From contig OY970327.1 in assembly GCA_963717365.1 (NCBI GenBank), forward strand, positions 863,752 through 927,751: DNA of 64,000 nt. Reading direction: 5' to 3'. The position numbers and the translations under genes are program-made. The notes below the pieces were generated by a model. It had not been told where the DNA came from, searched no databases, and saw only the letters and a list, made by a program, of their open reading frames with translations. The stretch is from Candidatus Saccharimonadia bacterium. Its GTDB lineage: Bacteria; Patescibacteriota; Saccharimonadia; Saccharimonadales; 2-12-FULL-41-12. Each line of letters starts with the position of its first letter. The first letter of the stretch is position 1. Of this stretch, positions 44,847 to 53,362 are shown piece after piece.

Positions 44847-45437
44847 TTACTGGTGGACTGGAAATGCCCAGCGAGTGCAATGAATAGTCTCTGCGCCAAT
44901 ACGAGCGATCGTGCCTGGCTCCAGTTCTAACACGGGTTTTGCATTCAATTCCTGAAGGGCTTCAGTCTGGGCTGAGGCGACGTAACCTCCGACAGAAAGC
45001 TCACCGATAAACATGCCGGATCCGCCGTAACGGTCAAGGCCAAGATACAAATTATCATCGTCTTTAGCAATTGCTGAGAAGGGACCGCGAAGACGAGAGA
45101 TTACTTTTTGGAACGCATAGCCAAAATCACGGCCGTCTTCAAGCAAGTCTTCTATGGCTGTGCCGACGATAATATTATTTATAGTAGGGGCGTTTTCTAC
45201 ATTTAAGCCAAGGATACCGTAACGATTACCGAATTTATGCATTTCGGTTAACTTACCTTCGTGCGTGAACATAAAGCCGGCGTCAGAGTTTCCGGAAGTG
45301 TATATCATTTCATCTGGCTGCTGAGGGAGGGGAGGATAGAGAATTGTATCGCCCGGTATAACTATGCCCATCAGCGGGCTAGAATTGTTGTTTCTCTGGT
45401 GCGGTAGCACTTCTGGGCTACGTGTTATTGTTGTCAT
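44847..45437 (-). CDS. class II glutamine amidotransferase (Ntn)-like domain protein, nucleophile Cys not evident
   Basis: LRGPFSAIAKDDDNLYLGLDRYGGSGMFIG...YVASAQTEAL...LELEPGTIARI resembles the GATase_2/AsnB N-domain core. Confidence 0.45.
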   Translation of the reverse strand: MTTITRSPEVLPHQRNNNSSPLMGIVIPGDTILYPPLPQQPDEMIYTSGNSDAGFMFTHEGKLTEMHKFGNRYGILGLNVENAPTINNIIVGTAIEDLLEDGRDFGYAFQKVISRLRGPFSAIAKDDDNLYLGLDRYGGSGMFIGELSVGGYVASAQTEALQELNAKPVLELEPGTIARIGAETIHCTRWAFPVHQ

Positions 45438-45562
45438 GTATTTATATCTAGTATGGCACCATACCGATATCAAACCAATTATGCTTTTGATGTAATATTT
45501 ATTACTGCTTGTGGATAACTGCGGTTAACCTCCTAGTGGCCTGCATACGGTACAATAGTCCT

Positions 45563-45928
45563 ATGGCAATACTAGTTATGCTCGGCTGGTGGTACAGCCG
45601 CGGCTGGTTATGGATAATTGATGCGACGATGCGACGTCTGCGCGTAATAGGGCGAACCTTCGCCGTAAAAGTACTGCTTAGAACTTGGTTTTCACCATGG
45701 AAACAAATCTATCGGCAGTCGACATTTCGCAATTTTTTCAGTATCGCGCTTGATAATGCCGTTTCGCGGTCAGTTGGGACAGTAGTTCGAACCTCGATTC
45801 TTTTCTGCGCGCTCTTGCTTGGAATCGGCTCAGTGATGTTTGGGCTAGTCAGCCTGATTATCTGGCCGTTTTTGCCGTTACTTATTATCATTTTGCCAAT
45901 CCTCACATTGAGCGCGGTGACATTCTGA
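45563..45928 (+). CDS. small membrane protein translationally coupled to the Clp-like ATPase
   Basis: Trimmed to the ATG after tacaat; 3 hydrophobic segments; its TGA overlaps the ATG of the next gene (ctgATGg). Confidence 0.55.
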   Translation: MAILVMLGWWYSRGWLWIIDATMRRLRVIGRTFAVKVLLRTWFSPWKQIYRQSTFRNFFSIALDNAVSRSVGTVVRTSILFCALLLGIGSVMFGLVSLIIWPFLPLLIIILPILTLSAVTF

Positions 45929-48336
45929 TGGAATTTAAACTCGACCGCCAAAGTACCCGGGCAGCCCGTGCACGTTACGCCGTGGCCCTAACCCGAACTT
46001 CGATAATTGCTACTGCTTACGTTGTAGGTATCGGCTCTGTAGTTGGTGGGTTAACTCTACTCGCCACCGGATCGGCTCTTGGCTGGATGGCGTTAATGCC
46101 GGCGGCGTTAATTACCAGCGTATTTTTATGGTACAGGGGCAATCTGGCAAATATTCCGCCTGGTACGTTTGAAACTGCCACGGCAATTTTATTGCACGAA
46201 GCCCTGGAACCAAAGACGCTGGCTCGCTTAAGGCCAACCGATGATAATGCGAGTAACCTGTCCGCCACTGATATCTGGCAGGCGCTTAAGGGTTGTGAGG
46301 AAAATTTCTTTCTAGGCAATCGTTACCTAATTGATGATAGTTTTTTTGAGCAAATTATTAGCCAGGAGCCGCGCTCCGGGCAGGCTGTCTGGGAAAAGGC
46401 TAGCCAACTCCAAAAAAAATATGAATCTGTTGGATACCCCAACATGATTCTATTTATGGCACTTATAAGTTCAGTGCCGAATGTTGAACAGATGCTGCGT
46501 GGTATCAGCTTGGAGCTCGATGATATTGAAACCAGCGTTCCCTGGATGGCTGACATTAAAGAAAAGCGGCAACTGGCCCGTAGTAAAAAGGGTCTCGGCG
46601 GCATCGGTCGTGACTGGGCCTATGGCTACACACCAATCTTACGCAATCTTGGCCACAATATATCTGAGGGCATAGAACAACATGGCTTCTTTAGCGATAC
46701 TCGCATGCATGACCAAATAGTCCAGCAAATGGCACAGATAATGGGCAGCAGCAATAGCACAATTACCCTTGTTGGGGATGAGGGCGTTGGCAAAACTACC
46801 TGCGTCTATGCGTTTGCTGAACGACTGCTAGCTGATGGCAGCCTGCCAAAACAAATTCGCTACAGCCAGGTTGTTGAGCTAGATGCTTCGGTTTTAATCG
46901 CCAACGCCAAACACCCAGGCGAGCTAGAAGACCTGATGCTGCATATTTTTGCCGAAGCCAGCCGGGCAAAGAATATTATCTTATTCTTTGACGAGGCTCA
47001 GTTATTCTTCGGTTCCAAAACAGGCAGTGTTGATCTATCGCACGTCTTATTGCCAGTTTTAGAATCAGGTAGCATTCGTATTATTTTGGCTATGAACCCG
47101 CAGCATTGGCAGTATCTGGCCAGCAGTGGCGTAGCAGCCCGCTTAAAGCCAATTAATGTGCCGGCCGCCAACGAAGACAACACCATCGCCGTGTTACGCG
47201 ATCAAGTTGGTCTTATGGAATACCGACACAAGATTGTTTACACCTATCAAGCGCTGCAGGAAGCTTATAAATTAGGCAGCCGTTACGTAACAACTCATTC
47301 GATGCCAGGCGCGGCACTGACCGTTTTGCAAACTACTGCTACCACTACGCAGGAAAAATTGGTTACCCGGATAGAGGTTCAGCAGGCTATTGAACAAGCA
47401 TACGGCATAAAGCTGCAGACGGCTGATGCCGGTGAATCAAGCAGCTTGTTAAATCTGGAAACGGAGCTACGGCAGCAAGTTATCAGCCAGGACCGAGCCA
47501 TCAGCGTAATAGCCAACGCTCTGCGCCGTTCGCGTAGCGGCGTTGGTAACCCCGACCGGCCGATTGGTACGTTCTTATTCCTAGGGCCCACCGGCGTTGG
47601 TAAAACTGAACTTTCTAAGGCGTTAGCTCGTTCATACTTTGGGAACGAAAGTGCTTTAATACGGGTGGATATGAACCAATACGTTGCAGCCGAAGACGTT
47701 GCCCGCCTGATAGCTCCGATGCAGGGCACCGAACTTGGCTTTCTGGGCGAAGTCCGCAAAAAACCATTCAGCGTTATTCTGTTCGACGAAATTGAGAAGG
47801 CCCATTCGTCAGTTGTTAATGCTTTGCTACAAATGCTTGATGAAGGCATGATGCGCGACACCGACAACCGGGCAGTATCCTTCCGCGATGCCATAATCAT
47901 TGCTACATCTAACGCCGGCGCCGACCAGATTCGAACGTTTTTGGACGAGGGCAAAGAGCTGGCCGATCTGGAATCAACCTTTGTCGATACGCTGATCAGC
48001 CGCGGTAGTTTCGCGCCTGAATTTATTAACCGTTTTGATGAAGTAGTCTTGTTCAAGCCACTGTCGCCGGACGAGTTAGTTAAGGTAATCGACTTAATTA
48101 TTGCCGGCATTAATAAGACTCTGGATAACCAAAAGGTTACCGTGGTACTGACCGATCAGGCCAAACGCTGGCTGGTTGATAAGGGTTACGACTCGCGACT
48201 TGGTGCCCGCCCAATGCGCCGCATGGCACAACGTTACGTTGAAAATATTGTAGCCAAGCGCATTTTAGAGCGAACTGTCCAGCCAGGCGGTACTGTCCAA
48301 TTGGATGCGGCTGATTTTGAATCTACCAGCCAATAA
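45928..48336 (+). CDS. double-AAA+ Clp/Hsp100-family ATPase with two N-terminal TM helices
   Basis: D1 Walker A GDEGVGKTT, Walker B ILFFDEAQ; D2 Walker A GPTGVGKTE, Walker B ILFDEIEKAH, sensor-2 GARPMRR. N-terminus IIATAYVVGIGSVVGGLTLLA / GWMALMPAALITSVFLWY is hydrophobic. Confidence 0.88.
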   Translation: MEFKLDRQSTRAARARYAVALTRTSIIATAYVVGIGSVVGGLTLLATGSALGWMALMPAALITSVFLWYRGNLANIPPGTFETATAILLHEALEPKTLARLRPTDDNASNLSATDIWQALKGCEENFFLGNRYLIDDSFFEQIISQEPRSGQAVWEKASQLQKKYESVGYPNMILFMALISSVPNVEQMLRGISLELDDIETSVPWMADIKEKRQLARSKKGLGGIGRDWAYGYTPILRNLGHNISEGIEQHGFFSDTRMHDQIVQQMAQIMGSSNSTITLVGDEGVGKTTCVYAFAERLLADGSLPKQIRYSQVVELDASVLIANAKHPGELEDLMLHIFAEASRAKNIILFFDEAQLFFGSKTGSVDLSHVLLPVLESGSIRIILAMNPQHWQYLASSGVAARLKPINVPAANEDNTIAVLRDQVGLMEYRHKIVYTYQALQEAYKLGSRYVTTHSMPGAALTVLQTTATTTQEKLVTRIEVQQAIEQAYGIKLQTADAGESSSLLNLETELRQQVISQDRAISVIANALRRSRSGVGNPDRPIGTFLFLGPTGVGKTELSKALARSYFGNESALIRVDMNQYVAAEDVARLIAPMQGTELGFLGEVRKKPFSVILFDEIEKAHSSVVNALLQMLDEGMMRDTDNRAVSFRDAIIIATSNAGADQIRTFLDEGKELADLESTFVDTLISRGSFAPEFINRFDEVVLFKPLSPDELVKVIDLIIAGINKTLDNQKVTVVLTDQAKRWLVDKGYDSRLGARPMRRMAQRYVENIVAKRILERTVQPGGTVQLDAADFESTSQ

Positions 48337-48340
48337 AGGC

Positions 48341-49015
48341 TTATTTTGACGCAAAAACCTCAAGAAATTGCACTGTTTGCTCAACAGTAGAGTGTTCAAG
48401 CGCCGGCACTTCTTCTATAGAACAGCCAAACAGTTTTTTATAAGCATTCAGTACAATGGGCAATTCTGCAGCAACAGCTTCCAGCTTCGCTCTGGTTACA
48501 TGCGGTGCGGTAGGACCTTCAACTCCTGCTAGACTGGTCTCCGCGGCTTCAGGACTGGCCTGTAAATGAACAATGGCATCGGCGCGGGGAGAATGCGAAA
48601 TACGGTCAAAAAACCCTAAGCGTCTAACTGTTGATAGCCTGCCGAGTGGACCGGCGTACACAGCAGCATAGGTTGCCGGATCAATGCGATGGGCATCGCG
48701 TACGCTCAAAAGAAAGTCGGAACGAGCCATGCCCCTATAATCCAGCGCTTTTCGTGCAATAGTGAAAGCGCCAAGCCGAGCCAAAGCATCAATTTTTGAG
48801 TGGCTATTGTCAACGCTTAGCTTCTCTATAGTATTGAATTCATGGGCTACAATTTCACCCCCTTGAAATAAGAAGAAACCAGTACTGTCTGTAACTCCAA
48901 TTGACCGGCTAGGGTACATTTCGCTAAGCTGTTCTGCTGCAAACTGGGCAACGGTGGACTTACCGCTACCGTCAATTCCTTCAATTATGGCTATGGGGGA
49001 AGATGGCAATTTCAT
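48341..49015 (-). CDS. dTMP kinase-like P-loop kinase
   Basis: Trimmed to MKLPSSPIAIIEGIDGSGKSTVAQ (typical thymidylate kinase P-loop); the rest is divergent. Confidence 0.6.
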   Translation of the reverse strand: MKLPSSPIAIIEGIDGSGKSTVAQFAAEQLSEMYPSRSIGVTDSTGFFLFQGGEIVAHEFNTIEKLSVDNSHSKIDALARLGAFTIARKALDYRGMARSDFLLSVRDAHRIDPATYAAVYAGPLGRLSTVRRLGFFDRISHSPRADAIVHLQASPEAAETSLAGVEGPTAPHVTRAKLEAVAAELPIVLNAYKKLFGCSIEEVPALEHSTVEQTVQFLEVFASK

Positions 49016-49185
49016 AATAAAATCTACTGTCGTAAGATTTATTATATCATACTTTAATGTATATTGCAATAGATCGTAATGGCTATACCTACCCTATTAA
49101 ATACTATTGCTTATATTACACTTTTGTGCTATAATGTATTCACTCAGTCATCTATACAAAAATTAAACGAAAACAGCTTAGTAAA

Positions 49186-50424
49186 ATGGAAAAACGAACA
49201 CCTCGGGCAGAAGATGAAACCAACCAGCAACCTAATAATAGATTTCAACAATTTCTTGATACATCACAACGGTTTCTTGGAGCGACTGGCGCGACTTTAG
49301 CTCTGTTAGGAGTTGGACCAGCAGTGGCAAATGCCAACCATTCTGAAACATATCCTAAAGCGCCTAGCCCAAAAAATGTGCTCAAAAAGCCATCTTCCTT
49401 GTCAGGATACAATGTACCGCTTAGCCCCGAGACAAGACGGCAAGGGGCAGAAGCTACCGTACAGATACGATTTAGGTACACAAATATGGATAACAGCGAT
49501 GAGCAGCCGTGGCAGCAGGGCTGCACGGCAGTGAAAACTACGATTGACGGGCAGGTTCGCCTTTCAACTGCGGCCCATTGTTTTGATATGTTAACCGAAG
49601 CCCGGGGAGGACTAATAGAAGATAAACCCGGAGACCCAAAGGCAGTTGATTTTATAGAACAAGCCAACGCTTTTATTGAGTATGCTGTCTTTGATCCTAA
49701 AGTACGGGTAGCATCTCTCCGCAAGCCTCTGGCTAAAATTGATGGTATATCAATTGGGAAAAAGCAGGATTGGGCTTTACTAAGTGTAACCCCGCTTGAA
49801 ACTCCGCCCGAAGATGTGCCTCGTACTTTTGAACAAATCCCGGCTTTAAAATTGGCCAGCAAGCAGAGCGAGGCAGTACCCCGGCCAGCTCGCGGGCAAA
49901 GAGTTTCTCTGAACGGAATGCCTGCAGCCACAGGCGATAAGCAATCATCAAGCTTGGGGCGATATTTAGGACGAATACGCGTAACCAACCAAGATGGTAT
50001 CCAGACATATCTTGATGTTGTTGGCAGTAAGCCCAAGACAATGGCTGAAGATAGTTGCTTACCTGGGGCTAGCGGTGGATCCTTTACGGCTACAATCGGA
50101 GGTAAGTTAACCTATGTATCGGGCGCCTATCAACAGATTGTTAATGAAACCTGGGCTCCTGCTCTCTTTAATGGATACCCACAGGACTCGCAACCCACAG
50201 ACGTAAGCAACGAAATTGAAGCCAATAAATACTGGAGAACTGTTTTCCAAAATCAACTTGGAGTAAATACTAAAACTTTTAGTACGTTATGTGGTTTTAC
50301 CGTGAACCTGCCTAACTCTGTTAATACACTGAATTCAGGTTTTGGTGTTTCTATCCCTGCTCAACCAGTAGGTTTTGACAACGGTAAAGGCGGCACTGAC
50401 GGTGATTCAGTCAGTATGAAATAA
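49186..50424 (+). CDS. secreted trypsin-like (S1) serine protease homolog
   Basis: Signal-like LGATGATLALLGVGPAVANA; His motif STAAHCFD; Ser motif CLPGASGGSF. Confidence 0.7.
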   Translation: MEKRTPRAEDETNQQPNNRFQQFLDTSQRFLGATGATLALLGVGPAVANANHSETYPKAPSPKNVLKKPSSLSGYNVPLSPETRRQGAEATVQIRFRYTNMDNSDEQPWQQGCTAVKTTIDGQVRLSTAAHCFDMLTEARGGLIEDKPGDPKAVDFIEQANAFIEYAVFDPKVRVASLRKPLAKIDGISIGKKQDWALLSVTPLETPPEDVPRTFEQIPALKLASKQSEAVPRPARGQRVSLNGMPAATGDKQSSSLGRYLGRIRVTNQDGIQTYLDVVGSKPKTMAEDSCLPGASGGSFTATIGGKLTYVSGAYQQIVNETWAPALFNGYPQDSQPTDVSNEIEANKYWRTVFQNQLGVNTKTFSTLCGFTVNLPNSVNTLNSGFGVSIPAQPVGFDNGKGGTDGDSVSMK

Positions 50425-50429
50425 AAATG

Positions 50430-50519
50430 TGGCGGAAGGGGTGGGATTCGAACCCACGGTACCGTTGCCGGCACGACGGTTTTCAAGACCGTTTCCTTAA
50501 ACCGCTCGGACACCCTTCC
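50430..50519 (-). tRNA. tRNA-Ser (anticodon UGA), CCA encoded
   Basis: Reverse complement GGAAGGGTGTCCGAGCGGTTTAAGGAAACGGTCTTGAAAACCGT...GGGTTCGAATCCCACCCCTTCCGCCA; loop CTTGAAA; long variable arm. Confidence 0.9.
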
Positions 50520-50598
50520 GTATTTTTGTAACTTTATAGTTGAAAGTCAACTTATTATACCAGAGGTGACCGAGTAGATCTAACTTAGAATTAATTGC

Positions 50599-50955
50599 CT
50601 ATTTTGAATGAATAGCCTGCCGCGCGACATATTCCTGAACCCGTATCTGACGTTGTTCTGTTAGCCACAATCCGATCTGCAACATATTACTGATCAGAAG
50701 AATGGAAACTGCGGCAAACAATACGCTGATACCAGGAATGCCGATAGCAGTGATAGGGTCAAAGCTAAATAACCGTACCGCCGGTTCGGTAACAAAAGTA
50801 ATTACCTGCTCAACGGAGCCTTTGTCTTTCATGCCATAAAAGGCAAAGAGCCCGCGGAGCGATAACAATAGGGTTATTAACCACGTAGTAACAGATATAC
50901 GCTGCTGGATAGTTTTGAAAGGGGACAAGCGGTTAGGTGTAGTCGGTTCAGGCAT
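50599..50955 (-). CDS. membrane protein (weak YggT-like resemblance)
   Basis: 118 aa, 2-3 TM segments, VTEPAVRLF segment. Confidence 0.45.
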   Translation of the reverse strand: MPEPTTPNRLSPFKTIQQRISVTTWLITLLLSLRGLFAFYGMKDKGSVEQVITFVTEPAVRLFSFDPITAIGIPGISVLFAAVSILLISNMLQIGLWLTEQRQIRVQEYVARQAIHSK

Positions 50956-50999
50956 AAGAATATTAGGTTACGTTATAAAGGAAAAGTGGTTAGAGCGTC

Positions 51000-51137
51000 T
51001 TAGTATAGGCTGGAGGAACGACCCTCCCGGGCAAGGTCTTCTATTAATTCATCGACATCTTTGCGTAATTCAGGATGCTCACGTGTTTTACCGTCTATAA
51101 ATTTATGTATTCTTCGATTCAATGTTACTGAACTCAT
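51000..51137 (-). CDS. possible 45-aa small protein
   Basis: Hand-found ORF below the track cutoff: MSSVTLNRRIHKFIDGKTREHPELRKDVDELIEDLAREGRSSSLY, with GAGGA 8 nt upstream. Confidence 0.25.
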   Translation of the reverse strand: MSSVTLNRRIHKFIDGKTREHPELRKDVDELIEDLAREGRSSSLY

Positions 51138-51276
51138 CGGTTTAGTCCTCACTTATATTTGTTATCACTCACTACTTTACGCATCTTGTGCTTATCAGAC
51201 TGTAAGAAAAGTTACGTGCTAATGTTTATGTCAGTTTTATAGCGAGAGACAACTCCAATGTGCGATAATTACACCG

Positions 51277-51525
51277 ATGCAAAGAAAATCAGCCGTACTC
51301 ACGTTCATCCAGACAGAACGCGCCCAAGGAGCCAGCGACCGACAAATCCGGCATAAGTTGCTGGATGCTGGCTGGCATATGGATATTATCCAGAAAGCGA
51401 TGAACCATCAGGAGCCAGTAGCGGTTCCCGAAGTTAGGCCGACAATTTCTAAAAAAGTTAAGCATGGGATCCAATCAAAATTACGGAAAAAGAAGCCCGG
51501 GAAGCGGATCTCGAAGCAAAGCTGA
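51277..51525 (+). CDS. hypothetical small basic protein
   Basis: 82-aa ORF; Lys-rich C-terminus; no family recognised. Confidence 0.4.
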   Translation: MQRKSAVLTFIQTERAQGASDRQIRHKLLDAGWHMDIIQKAMNHQEPVAVPEVRPTISKKVKHGIQSKLRKKKPGKRISKQS

Positions 51526-51592
51526 TAGTTTTAAGGTGGTTCAGGTGGAATATTTCTGGTATACTCTACATCTGTTAGCGAATCCATAATAC

Positions 51593-51685
51593 GGAGAGGT
51601 ACCCAAGTGGCTCAAGGGGACGGTTTGCTAAATCGTTAGAGGGGCGAGAGTTCCTGCGAGGGTTCGAATCCCTCTCTCTCCGCCA
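51593..51685 (+). tRNA. tRNA-Ser (anticodon GCU), CCA encoded
   Basis: GGAGAGGTACCCAAGTGGCTCAAGGGGACGGTTTGCTAAATCGT...GGGTTCGAATCCCTCTCTCTCCGCCA; loop TTGCTAA; long variable arm; TATACT -10 about 25 nt upstream. Confidence 0.9.
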
Positions 51686-51694
51686 TATAAAAAG

Positions 51695-51718
51695 ACCCCG
51701 ATACAGCGGGGTATTTTT
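51695..51718 (+). terminator. rho-independent terminator after tRNA-Ser(GCU)
   Basis: ACCCCG (51695-700) / CGGGGT (51707-12) followed by ATTTTTAT. Confidence 0.8.
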
Positions 51719-51731
51719 ATATGGCGGTAGA

Positions 51732-51850
51732 AGAGAGGGTATGAACCCAAAGGGTTCGGCGGACGAGGAGCACAGACATAACTGTGCTTGCGTAGTTATG
51801 CCGAGCACCGCAGGAAGAAGCGCGGCCGAGGCCGCGCGCTATCCCTCTCT
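51732..51850 (+). ncRNA. candidate structured RNA / leader (three hairpins closed by an 8-bp stem), class unknown
   Basis: AGAGAGGG (51732-39) pairs with CCCTCTCT (51843-50). Internal hairpins: GAACCC-AAA-GGGTTC (51743-57), GCACAG-ACATAA-CTGTGC (51770-87), GCGCGGCC-GA-GGCCGCGC (51820-37). Confidence 0.3.
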
Positions 51851-51900
51851 CACTGTCAATCAGGCGGGCTTTTTCTCCTACAGCCCACGTCTGATACAAT

Positions 51901-52464
51901 ATGCTTATGCAACCAGGTACTGATCAGGATAGCAACGCGAACTGGGCTTTTCGCAATGAGGATGAGGCGTACGGCGAACCGTCTTCCGACGCGCCGGAGA
52001 CCCAGATAGAGCCGGTGAGCTGGACGGCTTCAGAGTTTATCGCGCACCATAAAGATCCTGTCTGGTACGGCACGCTTGTGGGGGCTGTGCTGACGCTTTG
52101 CGTCGCTATCTACTTCGTCACTAAAGATGTTATTTCAATTATAGCCATTGTGGTGGTAGCTATTTTATTTCTGATTGCCAGCGCCAAGAAGCCTGAGCAA
52201 CGGCTCTATATGGTAGACTTGCAGGGAATCTCGATTGGCCAGAAATTTTATCCCTACGGTATGTTTAAATCATTCGCCTTACGCCAAGAGGGCGCAATTG
52301 GCACAATTACCTTTATGCCGCTGCAGCGGCTAATGCCAGAAATTTCAATTTATTTCGCACCTGAGGATGAGGACAGCATTGTCGACGTTTTAGCAAGCAG
52401 CCTGCCAAATGACCAGCGGGCAGAACGCAGTACCGACCGCCTAATGAAGCGCTTGCGATTTTAA
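51901..52464 (+). CDS. hypothetical membrane protein
   Basis: 187 aa; acidic N-terminus, two TM segments (WYGTLVGAVLTLCVAIYFV, IIAIVVVAILFLIA), soluble C-domain. Confidence 0.6.
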   Translation: MLMQPGTDQDSNANWAFRNEDEAYGEPSSDAPETQIEPVSWTASEFIAHHKDPVWYGTLVGAVLTLCVAIYFVTKDVISIIAIVVVAILFLIASAKKPEQRLYMVDLQGISIGQKFYPYGMFKSFALRQEGAIGTITFMPLQRLMPEISIYFAPEDEDSIVDVLASSLPNDQRAERSTDRLMKRLRF

Positions 52465-52578
52465 ATACCTCTTCCGAGGATAATTTCCACCAGCATTGGT
52501 GCCAAAGCTGGTATTTTACACCTAAGCGTGCTAAAATAACCCCTGTTTTGCACCTGAAATCGCATTGATATCATATGT

Positions 52579-52655
52579 GTACCCGTAGCTCAGCTGGATA
52601 GAGCGTTGGCTTGCGGAGCCAGAGGTCGTAGGTTCGAATCCTGCCGGGTATACCA
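52579..52655 (+). tRNA. tRNA-Arg (anticodon GCG by hand fold), CCA encoded
   Basis: GTACCCGTAGCTCAGCTGGATAGAGCGTTGGCTTGCGGAGCCAGAGGTCGTAGGTTCGAATCCTGCCGGGTATACCA; anticodon loop TTGCGGA; G1-U72 wobble. Confidence 0.85.
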
Positions 52656-52696
52656 TACACTTGACAAATTCATGTTTGTTTGCTATTATATAGCAT

Positions 52697-53161
52697 ATGA
52701 AAAATACAATAAACAGATTACCTCGAATTACTGGCTACCAATCTGTTGACTTAAGCTCTGATGATATAGCCGTGGGTCCTGGCCGCAGTGCGCAGACTCA
52801 CGTTGAAATACGTCAACCTGCCTATATAAAAGCTGGCGGAAATGTGCTAAGACTATCTTTAATAGGCCGACAGGCTCACCCTGAACATGGTGACTACGAG
52901 GATATTTTTGAAGTTGAGAATCTTAGTTCTCCAGATAATGACGCGAGGATGACTATTACGGAACAAACAGTAGTTGGACGCCAAACAACTCCCGAACTAC
53001 AGCTCGATGATACAGCCAGCAGAAGCCACCTAAAAATTACACCCATGGCAAGCGCTGTATTAATCTCAGATCTTGATAGCACCAATAGCACAGTTGTACA
53101 GGCTGTCAATCTTAAAACGGACTACACGCTAGTTAACCAGCCTATTCCTCCTAATCTATAA
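52697..53161 (+). CDS. FHA domain-containing protein
   Basis: C-terminal VVGRQTTPELQLDDTASRSHLKI...ISDLDSTNSTVV matches the FHA core (GR...SR.H...D..S.NG). Confidence 0.65.
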   Translation: MKNTINRLPRITGYQSVDLSSDDIAVGPGRSAQTHVEIRQPAYIKAGGNVLRLSLIGRQAHPEHGDYEDIFEVENLSSPDNDARMTITEQTVVGRQTTPELQLDDTASRSHLKITPMASAVLISDLDSTNSTVVQAVNLKTDYTLVNQPIPPNL

Positions 53162-53362
53162 TTGGGGTTAGAATTCTCTTGTGCTAGTCTTGTGTTTTCT
53201 GTGTTAGGAATGAGGCGCCTGGCCAGCTAGACATAGCAATGTTAGGCCATAGCATTCGCATCAGACGCAATTACCCACCTAGCGACGATTAACAGTCATT
53301 AAATAAAGAATTTACGGCAGGGAAATTCTGTCTTTTACTCATAACGCGGTACCATGTAAGTT

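Noticed and set aside
47379-48110. 243-aa minus-strand ORF
   Set aside because: It is antisense to the D2 AAA+ module of the Clp-like ATPase, whose Walker motifs fix the true frame and strand.
49245-50036. 263-aa minus-strand ORF
   Set aside because: It lies entirely antisense to the protease-like gene, which has a signal peptide and TAAHC/GASGG motifs. The antisense product has no motifs, and its Arg/Ser/Pro-rich composition suggests a shadow frame.
51575-51923. Track ORFs 51575..51808 (-), 51717..51899 (-), 51741..51923 (+), 51788..52009 (+)
   Set aside because: They overlap a tRNA gene, its terminator and a hairpin-dense G+C-rich stretch. They are mutually overlapping with Arg/Ser/Ala-rich artefactual translations. 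The region is treated as a structured non-coding candidate instead.
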